DNA of 62,852 nucleotides, filler included, from Octopus bimaculoides (Eukaryota), in the NCBI RefSeq assembly GCF_001194135.2. It is 7 parts of 7 records of this genome, joined end to end, with 100 filler letters (N's around TTAATTAATTAA, not from the genome) between each part and the next. Parts side by side here need not be neighbours in the genome. Positions count along the whole stretch, not along the records: positions 1 to 6,877 come from NC_068996.1; positions 6,978 to 29,991 come from NC_068984.1; 5 more parts are not named here. One strand, 5' to 3'. A model generated the notes under the pieces. That model did not search any database and was not told the origin of the DNA. It saw only the letters and a program-made list of their open reading frames with translations. This document shows, piece by piece, positions 1 to 12,164 of the stretch. Position 1 is the first letter of the stretch, and each line of letters begins with the position of its first letter. The position numbers were made by a program, and so were the translations under genes.

Positions 1-32
<32 letters not shown>

Positions 33-45
<13 letters not shown>

Positions 46-240
46 ATCTGTGTTTGTCTCCCTAGCATTGCTTGACAATCGATGCTGGTGTGTTTATGTC
101 CCTGTCACTTAGCGGTTCGGCAAAAGAGACAGATAGAATAAGTACTAGGTTTACAAAGAATAAGTCCCGGGGTCGTTTTGATCGACTAAAGGCGGTGCTC
201 TAGCATGGCCCCAGTCAAATGACTGAAACAAGTAAAAGAG
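33..240 (+). mobile_element. SINE family B, 3' body (follows a (TA)n/(TG)n tract)
   Basis: Ends in GGCGGTGCTCTAGCATGGCCCCAGTCAAATGACTGAAACAAGTAAAAGAG. The same body recurs at 28525-28580 (+) and 59235-59420 (-). Confidence 0.8.
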
Positions 241-686
241 TATACATACATACATACATACATACAATACACACATGCATGCATACGTGTGTGTGTGTGT
301 GTGTGTGTTTTATTGGCTGTTATTTTGCTTTTGATCAAATTAATATGGCTTATCTTCGATATTTCTTGCGATATTTTTTACGACTAAAGATTTCTTCATC
401 TACTTTTATTTCTTGTTCTGCATTATTATGTGCTCCTCGTTTTAAAGTATGAGGGAACATCGAGAATGTATCATCCGATGTAACAGTTCAAGTCCTAAAG
501 CTTACAACATTTATGTTTACATTGAAATTTAATGTTACATTGTTAAACTGGAGAACGTTATGTGGCTTGTCTGAGGAAGAATTCAACTCTCAGGAGTTAA
601 CAGGAAGTGGACTTTAATTTGTAATATTAGATTGGCGTTAAGTGTAATTATAGCTTGCGTTGTCTTCAGATTATATATCTTTTAAA

Positions 687-915
687 GGCGGCGAGCTGGT
701 AGATTCGTTAGCACGCTGGACGAAATGCAGAGCAGTATTTCGCCCGCCGCTGCGTTCTGAGTTCAAATTCCGCCGAGGTCAACTTTGTCTTTCATCCTTT
801 CGGGGTCGATAAAATAAATACCAGTAAAAACACTGGAATCGATGTAATCGACTATCCCCTCCTCCCCTCCCCCCCCCGAAAAAAATTTCAGGCCTTGTGC
901 CTATATCAGAAAAGG
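687..915 (+). mobile_element. tRNA-derived SINE family A, full length
   Basis: Head GGCGGCGAGCTGGTAGATTCGTTAGCAC (A-box-like) and GAGTTCAAATTCC (B-box). At least 9 further copies or fragments in the window. Confidence 0.85.
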
Positions 916-1704
916 CTATATATCTTTATTACGTATCCGTCCATCCAATAACTAGGTTGAACTTGATGTATGGTTCCAATGTTTTTACATAATGTTGTAT
1001 CTGTTATATCCCTAGGTGTTATTTGTTTTTTATNNNNNNNNNNNNNNNNNNNNNNNNNNNNNNNNNNNNNNNNNNNNNNNNNNNNNNNNNNNNNNNNNNN
1101 NNNNNNNNNNNNNNNNNNNNNNNNNNNNNNNNNNNNNNNNNNNNNNNNNNNNNNNNNNNNNNNNNNNNNNNNNNNNNNNNNNNNNNNNNNNNNNNNNNNN
1201 NNNNNNNNNNNNNNNNNNNNNNNNNNNNNNNNNNNNNNNNNNNNNNNNNNNNNNNNNNNNNGACGATGTGTGTAATATTTGTTCCTTTCTGTGTTCTTTT
1301 ATTTTTACTTCATTCCAACAACATTTTACGAGAGAAAAAATATAAGGTAAAAAATGCAGATGAAACTAATAATGATGATGGTGGTGATGATGATGATGAT
1401 GATGATGATAGACGTTTTAATGACGATTTAAAAGACACAGCTATCGTTATGTTTTAACCTTTGTCTGTTTCATATTCGTTCGGGGACCGATTGTTGAATG
1501 GAAGTTTCGTTTTATGAGAGGTAATTTTGGAAGCACAAAAAATAAATACTTGAAAGCGTTTTTACTTTTCTACTTTCCCTTCTCGCCCCTCCCTTCTTTG
1601 TCATTCTGTTTCTTCTCTTTCTCCTCTTTCTATTTTTTTTTTTATTAATGTAATGTGCGGCCGTTATATTTTTTCCACATTAGTATTTTGAACAGAGCAA
1701 AATG

Positions 1705-2332
1705 ACATACATACATACATACAGACAGACAGACAGACACACAGACACACACATACATACAAATATACATACACATACACACACATGCATACACACGCAT
1801 ACACACACATACATGCACACACATACATACACACATACATACACACATGCACACATACATACATAGATGCATACATACACACATACATACACACACATAC
1901 ACACACACATACATACACACACATACACATGCATACATACATACACACATACATTCTTGCATACATACATATACACACATACACATACATACACATATAC
2001 ATAAACACACACGTACACACATACACACATGCATACACATACATACACATACACACATACACATACATTCATACAAACAAACAATGCAGACAAGATTAGA
2101 AATTGCTGAAATAATTTCTTGGAATTTTAGAAGCAGCAATAGCAGCAGCCGTAGCAGTGGTGGTGGGGTGGTGAGGNNNNNNNNNNNNNNNNNNNNNNNN
2201 NNNNNNNNNNNNNNNNNNNNNNNNNNNNNNNNNNNNNNNNNNNNNNNNNNNNNNNNNNNNNNGGCGTTATTGGTAGTGTTTGAAGTGATGGCGATGAAGG
2301 TCATCGTGTTGATACTACTACTACTACTACTG

Positions 2333-2389
<57 letters not shown>

Positions 2390-2440
2390 TGACTACTACT
2401 ACTGCTGCTGCTGCTGGTAGTAGTAGTAGCAGCAGCAGCG
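1705..2440. repeat. Compound microsatellite block (ACAT/AC/AGAC, then TAC/TGC/AGC)
   Basis: Directly visible simple repeats; they produce the HT/CV/poly-S ORFs. Confidence 0.95.
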
Positions 2441-2783
2441 GCACGTATGTATATATATATGTAAGCCTGCATGCATGTATGTATGTATATGTATGTATAT
2501 GTATATATGTATGTGTGTATGGATCAAGTGATGTAGATACATCTGGTGAGAAGCCGCCAAGGTTCGAGAATCGATTAAGACTGCTCATCCTTTTATCAAT
2601 TTACTGCGTGTCTACCAACGAGTTCAATGGACTCACTTAGTTTTTTCAGTTGCTTTTTCCTACTGTTTATATTATTTGATTCTGCTGATTCCTCGTGACT
2701 CATATTTTTTCTTGACTCTTTTATTTGTCAAGTGGGAAATTTTCGATATGTTCATTAAAGCTAGAAAATTTCACTTAATACAT

Positions 2784-4774
2784 TAATTACCGTGTGGGTC
2801 CATTGGACCCTCGAATTAAATTCAGACAATACTCTTGTCATTCTAAACAGAATAAAAGCAGTATCAAATATTATTTCCCTAGATATTTATCACAGATATA
2901 AAATAGATAAAATTGTATTCAATCTACTTGCTGAATTTTAGAAAAATAGGAGAAATTATGGAAATATTCCTGTAAATTTGTGTGATATTGCATTACCTAC
3001 AATCTGCTAGGTTATAGGGTGATGTAATATTTTTACGTGACGACGCAGTTCTTACAATATATTGTATCATCTTTCAGGAGAGTATAAATATGTGAGAGAA
3101 CAATGTCTGCTGTTAGTCTGCTATCAAGTTTCATATAGTTCAGTTGTGCTTTCCAATATGCCTAGACGAGAAAACTTGAGTGTAGACCAAATATCGAAAA
3201 GGTTATTAGATGGAGAATGGGAAGAGGATAGTAGTGATTCCTTCTATTGCTCTGAAGATGATAGTGAAAGTGATTGTGTGCTGGACAGTTTAGGTTCTGT
3301 GTCATCAGATGATGAAGATACTCAAAAACAATTATCTGCAAGCCACCCAATTATGAATGAGCAATATGTTTCTAGAGACAGACAAGATGTTTGGCATTCT
3401 AATCCTCTTACTCAAGCAGCAGTAAGAACTTCATCTTGCAATACTGTGCGCCAAGAATGTGGACCATCCCGTTTTGCTAAAAGGTCATGCGATAGCATCG
3501 AAACGTATTTTACTATCTTTATGCGCCAGAATCTTCTTGAAGAAATTCGTAAATGGACAAATGTTGAAGGTCAGGTTGTTTACAAAGATAAAGGGAAATA
3601 AATTGATCACTCTGAAGTAAAGAAATTTATTGGACTGATTATTCTTATAGGTTTTTATAAATTTAAACATGAAAATGTCACACAGTTATGGAGTCAAGAA
3701 GATGGCCGCCCAATATTCAACAAAATCATGAGCGAAGGAAGATTTCAACAGATTTTACAAGTATTGGGTTTTGATGATGCTAGTGCAAGACGAAAACAGA
3801 GAAGTGATGATAAATTGGAGCCTTAAGAGAAGTATTTGAAATGTGTAATCAGAATTTGCAAGAAGTAAGATAGTAAGAAAACTATTTTAGTTGGAACAAT
3901 TAAAAAGAACAGAGTTGAACTTCCAAGTGCTTTCGCAAATGGAAGAGAAAGAGAAATCAACAGCACAATATTTGGGTTTCAAAAGGCTTCTCCGATCCTA
4001 TCTTATTATCCCAAGAAAAATTATGTAGTCACACTTATGAATACAATGCACTCTCAGCCTTCAATTGACTCAAAAAGTGCTGAAAAGAAACCTGAAGTTA
4101 TTACATGTTACAACAAAACAAAAGGAGGAGTAGATACACTAGATGAAATAGTAAGGACATTCACTCGAAGATGGCCTATGGTTATATTCTACCACATGAT
4201 TGTTATAAGTGCAGTGAATGCTTTCATTGTTGCTAAACAGCTTTACTTGCAAAGTTTCAAGCATAAAAGAAGACTGCCTAATTCAGTTAGGAAAGGAACT
4301 TGCTGGAGTTAATGCTAAACAAGAACATGACAAACAATCTTCTAGTTCCTCTAACATTTCTCAACCAAACAAGAAAAGAAGACGATCTTCACCCTCATTT
4401 GAGATTCCGCAGCCAAAGAAAAAAGGGAGATGTTCTTTGTGTGGCCCAAAATACACAGGAAAACTCGTACTACATGTAAAAATTGTAATATCCATGTTTG
4501 CCAAGAACATTCCAATGTTGTCTGCATTCCCTGCCATGAAGAGCTGTAATTCTGTATTTTTGTAATTTTTAAAAATTTATAATATATTCTATAAGCTGTA
4601 TTTTTTATTAAAATTCGTCAGAAACAGTAATTCTTCATTCACCTGATGGCATATATTATGTAGGTAAGAAATAGTGGTAGTTTGAATAAAATTTAATTAA
4701 AAGAAAAATATTGGGTGCATTGGACCCAGTTGATAATTAGAGACATACACTTTCTCTGGTAGACCAAGGGTTAA
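2784..4774 (+). mobile_element. piggyBac DNA transposon, internally deleted
   Basis: Right end ...CCAAGGG|TTAA (4768-4774). Subterminal inverted motif GGGTCCATTGGACCC (2796-2810) vs GGGTGCATTGGACCC (4713-4727). Transposase remnants lie between. The left CCC/TTAA terminus was not found. Confidence 0.9.
3158..4549 (+). pseudogene. piggyBac (PGBD-type) transposase pseudogene
   Basis: Acidic N-terminus; FIGLIILIG; LWSQEDGRPIFNKIMSEGRF; LVGTIKKNR; YNKTKGGVDTLD; RRWPMVIFYHM; C-terminal Cys-rich domain (RCSLC...CKNCNIHVCQEH...CIPC). Contains stops, frameshifts and a central deletion. Confidence 0.9.
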
Positions 4775-5344
4775 TAGTCAAATTTGTCCTGTTTGTATTT
4801 GTACTATTTAGGTTTCTATATATTACATCGTACCATGTCACCGTGTGGACTGAGGTACCCCCTTTCAAATATCATCTCTTTTGACTGTTCGAACATTCTT
4901 TACGAGGTCGTCGATTTGCTACAGACAGAGAAGCATATGTGTATATGTGTGTGTGTACATATGTGTATGTTGTGTATGTTCGTGTGTGTGAGTGTGTGTG
5001 TGTGTATAAGAATTAGCTCTCCCCCGACACACGCACACATATTTCATTTCGCGTTCCTATACTATTATATCAGCAATGAGTTTTCAAATGTATCTTCTGG
5101 AACCATGTCATATTAACTGTATTTTTAGAACATTCTATCGATTTCCAGAACGGGGCTATAAACATAACCATTGTTGCTGAACATCAATTTGAAAAGTGCT
5201 TTGGCACATCTGTAAATCTATTATGAATTGGTAATCATCAGAAAAACCAAATGCCTTTTCATATATATATATATATGGAAAGAGAGGGGAGGGAGGGAGA
5301 CAGACTGACAGACAGACAGACAGATGTTTGTACGAAGGTGCAGA

Positions 5345-5501
5345 CGCAGAAGTTTGCTTCTAACCACTTGGTTCCGGGTTCAGTTGTAATATGTGACATC
5401 TTGGGGAAGTGTCTTGTACTATAGCCTCGAGCCGGCCAAAGAATTGTGTATGGATTTGGTAGACGGAAACTGAAAGAAGCCTGCCCTATATATAATATAT
5501 A

Positions 5502-5532
<31 letters not shown>

Positions 5533-5533
5533 A
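5345..5533 (+). mobile_element. SINE family B, 5' head followed by (TA)n
   Basis: GGTTCCGGGTTCAG B-box-like motif, then GGATTTGGTAGACGGAAACTGAAAGAAGCC and (TA)n. A reverse copy lies at 17665-17825. Confidence 0.75.
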
Positions 5534-6520
5534 NNNNNNNNNNNNNNNNNNNNNNNNNNNNNNNNNNNNNNNNNNNNNNNNNNNNNNNNNNNNNNNNNNN
5601 NNNNNNNNNNNNNNNNNNNNNNNNNNNNNNNNNNNNNNNNNNNNNNNNNNNNNNNNNNNNNNNNNNNNNNNNNNNNNNNNNNNNNNNNNNNNNNNNNNNN
5701 NNNNNNNNNNNNNNNNNNNNNNNNNNNNNNNNNNNNNNNNNNNNNNNNNNNNNNNNNNNNNNNNNNNNNNNNNNNNNNNNNNNNNNNNNNNNNNNNNNNN
5801 NNNNNNNNNNNNNNNNNNNNNNNNNNNNNNNNNNNNNNNNNNNNNNNNNNNNNNNNNNNNNNNNNNNNNNNNNNNNNNNNNNNNNNNNNNNNNNNNNNNN
5901 NNNNNNNNNNNNNNNNNNNNNNNNNNNNNNNNNNNNNNNNNNNNNNNNNNNNNNNNNNNNNNNNNNNNNNNNNNNNNNNNNNNNNNNNNNNNNNNNNNNN
6001 NNNNNNNNNNNNNNNNNNNNNNNNNNNNNNNNNNNNNNNNNNNNNNNNNNNNNNNNNNNNNNNNNNNNNNNNNNNNNNNNNNNNNNNNNNNNNNNNNNNN
6101 NNNNNNNNNNNNNNNNNNNNNNNNNNNNNNNNNNNNNATAATAATTAATTCGTTTTATTGGCCACAAGGGCTAATATCAATTAAAAACATATAAGGACAA
6201 AGACAGGACGAAGGTTACAAAAGGTTTTGTCCGAAAAGGTAGGAAAGTTCGTCTAAACAGAGGAAGAAAACGGAGAAAGATATAATAAATAAATAGATAA
6301 ATAAATAGATAAATAAATAAGTAGAACTCCCAAAGGGGGAGGCGCTTCGAAAAAGGAAAGGTTACACGTGGAAAAACCCATAAAACCACGGGAGCCTGGT
6401 CGGAAAAAATAAGAAAGGGGTATAGAGCCCTTTCTCCTTTTACATTACCTTTTTTTTTTTCTTTTTTTTTCTATCGAAAAATACCTTAGGAATGAGAAAA
6501 CAGGTTCGAAATTTCCCCAA

Positions 6521-6574
6521 GACACCTGATGGAGGCTGGAGGGTATATCTGTATATCTGCCGAAGCGTTGTGTT
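6521..6574 (+). ncRNA. Degenerate minimal type I hammerhead ribozyme-like motif
   Basis: GACAC-CTGATGGA-GGCTG..CTGCC-GAAG-C-GTT-GTGTT. Stem I and stem II pair, but two core positions are A>G. Confidence 0.4.
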
Positions 6575-6921
6575 AACATCAAACAAGATGAGGACATATC
6601 CGTCAAATGTAAATAATGCAGTATACTGTGTAGTGATTGTTGTAAGGAAACGCTTGCAACAGCAGAAATCATTTCAACATTTCAAAGTACGACAAAAATA
6701 TGCTTTTTCTAACAAAGGTCGACAAGGGCAGTGTAAGAGCTTAATCGTATCACGACGATTCTTCTAGCACATGTTAATATAGAGACACAAAGTGAAATAA
6801 TGCTAGTCCTGATATATGTGTGTGTGTGCGTGTGTATACATATATGCATATATATGTATATATATATATATATATATNNNNNNNNNNNNNNNNNNNNNNN
6901 NNNNNNNNNNNNNNNNNNNNN

Positions 6922-6933
6922 TTAATTAATTAA
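6922..6933. other. Assembly pad TTAATTAATTAA (also 30036-30047, 45038-45049, 47916-47927, 56124-56135, 59698-59709)
   Basis: Identical 12-mer with stops in all six frames. In the two cases counted it sits in the layout 44 N + 12 + 44 N = 100 bp. Confidence 0.95.
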
Positions 6934-6977
6934 NNNNNNNNNNNNNNNNNNNNNNNNNNNNNNNNNNNNNNNNNNNN

Positions 6978-7013
<36 letters not shown>

Positions 7014-7104
7014 ATATGTGTGTGTTTGTGTGTGTGTGTGTGTGTGTGCGTGTGCGTGTGTGTGCGTGTGCGTGTGCGTGTGCGTGTGCGTGTGCGCATG
7101 TGTA

Positions 7105-8582
7105 CACCTTGTCTGAAGATATTATGCAAATCGTTATTTTTATTTTAATAAAATGAATGTATATGCACTTAGGAAGCTGAAATTTTAGGATGTTAGTACA
7201 AATACTCTTTCTTAATTGTGGCTGAAATTTGACATACATCTGATCTGTTTCTCTTGAGTAATTGAGAATTACTCTCTGAAATTATTATGCAAATGCTGGA
7301 AGTGTCATTTGCTCTGAGTATCAGGACAATTAAAATATATGAACCCATGTTGAACTTTTTACTGTTGTCCATCGAATTTGTTAGTTTTCTAGTTTGATGT
7401 GGCGAAACTGCAGCTGTAATACTTTGCATACCATACCACAGTTCTGCCTTACTGTTGTACTGTTTGCCTCCTTCATAGAGTTTCTCTTTGACGATTGACC
7501 AGAGAGTTTCTGTTTGATTCAAGTCAGGGCTGGACTGTGGCCTCTCCATTATTTTATCTTCAGCAAATCGTCTGCGCTCAAGAAACTCACGAGTTAGGCA
7601 AGAAGCATGTGATGGAGCATAGCCACGCATAAACATACATTTTATCTTGAAACTGTGAGGCTGATGCTTGTACCACTCAAAGAACGTTTGATCCAAGAAT
7701 TTACAATAATTAGTACTGTTGAGTTTTACACCTTCGTCAAATTTAAATGGTCCAATGATGGTTCTATTAACAATACCAGCCCATATCATTACACTACCAA
7801 CTACTTGTTGTGGTCTTCTCGTCATAGGAGTATCTTGGCTTGACAGAACCCATCCTGACCATCTAATGTGACGCGTGATTCGTCAGTGAGCATGACATTT
7901 CTGAATCCTGTTTTTAAGTACTTTCTTGTCCACTTTACACATTTATCAATATTAGTTGGAGATATAGGAGGCTGGCGATGAGATTTTTTCACAAAACCAA
8001 TGTCGCGAAGGACTCTACACCTTTTGTCTCTCTCTTTACACCAACAATCCTAGCCATTCTAAATACCTTATCACTACTAAGTAGTGGATTTTTAGCGGCA
8101 ATGCGTTTCAGCTGACGTTTATCTCTCGTGGACAATTTCTTGAAACCCTTTCCAGGCCTTGGTTTCCTGTTCTTTGTTATATCTTCAATTATTTTCTTGA
8201 TTGTTCGATGATCTCGGCCAAGCTGCTTCGAAATGTTCAAAGAGGTCATGCCATCACTTAAAAGCTTAGTTATTTTCTGCTTTTCAGATGCTGTAATATC
8301 TTTCGTTTTAATCTTGATTTATATTATGACCTGCAAAGTAACACAAACGTGTTATTAACACTGTAAAAATATAAATTCCAACATTTGGATAATAACTTCA
8401 GACAGCCAATTTCAGTAAATTCTCAATTACTCACGAAAAGTGGATCAGATGTATGTCACATTTTAGCCACAATTAAGAAAGAGCATTTGTACCAAAATCC
8501 TAAAATTTCAGCTTCCTCTGTACATGTACATTTATTTTATTTTAAAAAACAAACGATCTGCATAATATCTTCAGACAAGGTG
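7105..8582 (-). mobile_element. Tc1-family DNA transposon with ~190-200 bp IR/DR terminal inverted repeats
   Basis: Left TA|CACCTTGTCTGAAGATATTATGCA matches right TGCATAATATCTTCAGACAAGGTG. The inverted match extends inward about 180 bp. Inserted in (TG)n. Confidence 0.92.
7340..8315 (-). pseudogene. Tc1 DDE transposase pseudogene
   Basis: HTH region (LNISKQLGRDHRTIKK), TDESRVTLDG, VMIWAGI, APSHAS, SPDLNQTETLWS. Frameshifted, and the second Asp is mutated. Confidence 0.9.
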
Positions 8583-9326
8583 TGTGTGTGTGTGTCTGTA
8601 TATATATATATATATNNNNNNNNNNNNNNNNNNNNNNNNNNNNNNNNNNNNNNNNNNNNNNNNNNNNNNNNNNNNNNNNNNNNNNNNNNNNNNNNNNNNN
8701 NNNNNNNNNNNNNNNNNNNNNNNNNNNNNNNNNNNNNNNNNNNNNNNNNNNNNTATATGCTTACACACACACACACACACATATACATATAAATATTCAC
8801 ATGTGACTGTATATATATAGATATATTTAGATATATTTAAATATATGCATATGTGCGTGTATATACACATATATGCGGTGTATATATACTTATGTACATA
8901 TCTATCCATCCATCTATCTATCTATATGTATATATGAGTGTGTGCGTGTGTGTGTATGTTTGTATGTTGGTATGTACGCTTACATATTTACATTTCCGTG
9001 AATATGCATGTACATGTCCGTTTGTGTGTATGTGAACATCAGATATATTTTCATTTGAAATATTCAAACAAATGAAATTTGTTAATTTCAAACTTCAAAT
9101 TCTATTAATTACCACACTGATTTGTGTCAGTGATTACTGTGCATTGCCAGCCAATTAATAGCTAGGCAAATTTACAGGTTGTAAAATTATGTGTTTCCCT
9201 GGTTATATGACATACTACGATGATAAAAACTGTGCCAGTGTGCCTCAAATATGTTGATAAGCACACACATTCCTCAACGTGCTGGTGAAAGCAGGATTTC
9301 ACACGCACTGCCATATGCATATATAT

Positions 9327-9362
<36 letters not shown>

Positions 9363-9364
9363 AA

Positions 9365-10066
9365 CTAGACTACCCGCGAGCCGTTGAGCCAACGGGGAAA
9401 TCTTAGTTTCCCAGCAACAGAGTTTTGTTTCTTTGGGTTTTCTTTTTCCATGTTATATCTCATGCTTTCAACGAATGTGACATAGAAATCGCGCGTAAAC
9501 GGCTCCTTTCCCCTGCTATGTCTTGGATGCCCTGCTACCACGTAACAGGTATTCAGTTCCTTTATCACAAATAACTGTTACGTGGCAGCAGGGCGTGCTA
9601 GAAATAGCAGCCAATTCTTTGGAGGTGAGATACGTTGACCGCACTCCAAAGAAAGCTATGGGAAAAAACTACTTCACACAGAGGTTACGAACGGATCTTT
9701 TACGAAATATTTACCATATTTTTTAAGTAATTTTCAGTTTAAAAATGTTTGCCTGTCGTAATGTGTCTAATTGAAAGGTTAGAGTTTCTTCCCTTTCAGG
9801 GTGAAGTTATTTTCGGAGTATTTTTCAATTATGCACCGTTTTGGAACTTATACTCCCAAAACTCCGAATATCTCAATAACTACTGGTCTGATTTACACGA
9901 AACTAGTTTTATTCCGTTCGTATTCACATTTCAAGGGCTATTTACTTCAAAGTATTTTCCCATTATGCGCCAGTTTGGATGGGTAACGTAGCAAGCAAGC
10001 AGACAAGCTAGATTGAACTTCACTTTTAATAGTTTCACTTTTAATAGTTTTACTTTTAATATATGA
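9365..10066 (-). mobile_element. Non-autonomous Helitron
   Basis: On the minus strand: A|TCATATATTAAAAG at the 5' end, hairpin CCGTTG-N3-CAACGG 12 nt before terminal CTAG|T. Inserted between A and T with no TSD. Confidence 0.75.
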
Positions 10067-10157
10067 TAATGATAATATGAGCAATAGTAAGAAACATAGT
10101 AAAGAATACATAAAGAGATATAATATACCTAAGAATAACAATTTTATACCAATGATG

Positions 10158-10475
10158 TCTACTAATAATGATATTATTAAAAATATATACAAAAAGGATA
10201 TTATATGTATGTCTGTCTGTCTGTCTGTATGTATGTATGTATGTATGTATGTATGAGCATGGATCCCATTCGGATCATGACTGACTATGGGATTACAACT
10301 AGAAAGTTACCATTCGAAGCATAAGTCCGGTAAGTTGGAATACAAGCAGTCGCCCTTGCATACGAGCTTTCCCTCTCCACGTCACCGATGTTATCTAAGG
10401 AAAAGGCAAAGTGGAGTGGTTAGCTCACTTAATCGCAATATATCAGACACAGGTTGTGTGTCTTTCACCAGCTAG
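10158..10475 (+). mobile_element. Possible second short non-autonomous Helitron
   Basis: 5' TCTACTAATAAT, internal (GTCT)n(GTAT)n, hairpin AGACACA-N5-TGTGTCT 8 nt before CTAG. The flanks are G/A rather than A/T. Confidence 0.35.
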
Positions 10476-11449
10476 AAAATATACTTTCCTGAGGTTAAAA
10501 TGTTGTAACTTAGTCCTGCAGGAAACAATCACGCAGAAGTGGCAACAAACATTACTGTTTAGGCATCGTTACCACTTGCATCTCTTTCACAGATTTTAAA
10601 AGCAGCTACTTTAGATAGTTATACACACACCACGCGCGCGCGCACGCACACATATGTATGTAGTTAGATATGAGTATATATCTATATATACATAATTCAT
10701 GTAGCACACGCATATTTGTACAACCCCATTCGTGCATATAACATATATACATATACATACATGTATGTGTGAGTGCATGTGTGTGTTTGTGGGTACGTGT
10801 GTGTATGTCCTTTTATTTGCGGTTTATTATTATGCCTTACATATTGAAATTTATATAGATAATACTTGAAGGAATATAAAGGTGTGTACATATCCTTCCC
10901 TTTGTTTCTAAGAATGCATATTTATATGTATATGCCATTTGTATGTACATATGTATTCGTGATTACGTACGCTTTTGTATGCGCCTCACTTCGTTCGGAA
11001 TTTTATGAATATGATATCACACACTTGAGGAATTTTCACATGCTAACGCAAGCAAATCAAAGTCCCTACAATTATTCGATATGAAATGATATGTGAAATC
11101 TTTCCATTTTAATCTTACTTTATCTCCATACGCTACAAACTATGCATATATATTTATGCATGCGTATGTGTGCGCGTATGTACGTGTATATACATATATA
11201 TATATATGTATGTATACACACTCGCGTGCGCACACAAACACGCACATACACACGCACATATTTGGCTTGTGCCATTACTGGCCGAAACTTATCTACGTAT
11301 TTAAGTATATATACATACATACACACATGCATCTATCTATTATATACATCTGAAGAAGCATTACATTGAAGTAGACGTCAATGTATCATGGTTAATGTAT
11401 ATACACTATTAAACTGTTGTATATACACTATTACTGCGGTATTCATCAG

Positions 11450-11545
11450 AAATAACATCTTATGGATGTCCAATGTTGAAAAGTGCAATATATATCGGAG
11501 GGAGACACAAAATCCAGCAGCGGACATGTACAATGCCAGATGATG
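11450..11545 (+). CDS. Candidate internal exon, phase 1-1 (ITSYGCPMLKSAIYIGGRHKIQQRTCTMPDD), product unknown
   Basis: CAG acceptor (weak pyrimidine tract), 96-nt open frame, strong ATG|GTGAGT donor. Confidence 0.22.
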
Positions 11546-11775
11546 GTGAGTTAAGTCTCTTGATAAATCTCAAATAGTCCAATGTGGGTCTGCCGTTCTT
11601 GCTGCAAGCTACCCGGGACAATTCTTCAGCTTACTTCGATTTATATTGCGTTTTACTACACAGCAAGACCATGACAGATGATATTTCGGGCGAACAGCGC
11701 ACTAACCAGCCTTGCAACTATGTATATGCAGTAAGTATATTAACTTAGATTATGTATATATGTATGTGTGTATAC

Positions 11776-11821
<46 letters not shown>

Positions 11822-12164
11822 GTGCGTGCGCCTATATGCAAATGTATATATCTATATCTATCTAAATATACATATATATAATAGATATATATATATATGT
11901 ATGTATGTATGTATATATATGTATATATATATATATATANNNNNNNNNNNNNNNNNNNNNNNNNNNNNNNNNNNNNNNNNNNNNNNNNNNNNNNNNNNNN
12001 NNNNNNNNNNNNNNNNNNNNNNNNNNNNNNNNNNNNNNNNNNNNNNNNNNNNNNNNNNNNNNNNNNNNNNNNNNNNNNNNNNNNNNNNNNNNNNNNNNNN
12101 NNNNNNNNNNNNNNNNNNTATGTATGTATGCATGTATGTATGTATGTATGTATGTATGTATGTA

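Noticed and set aside
687-800. tRNA genes at SINE heads
   Set aside because: A/B boxes are present, but there is no complete cloverleaf and each head continues into a repeated SINE body.
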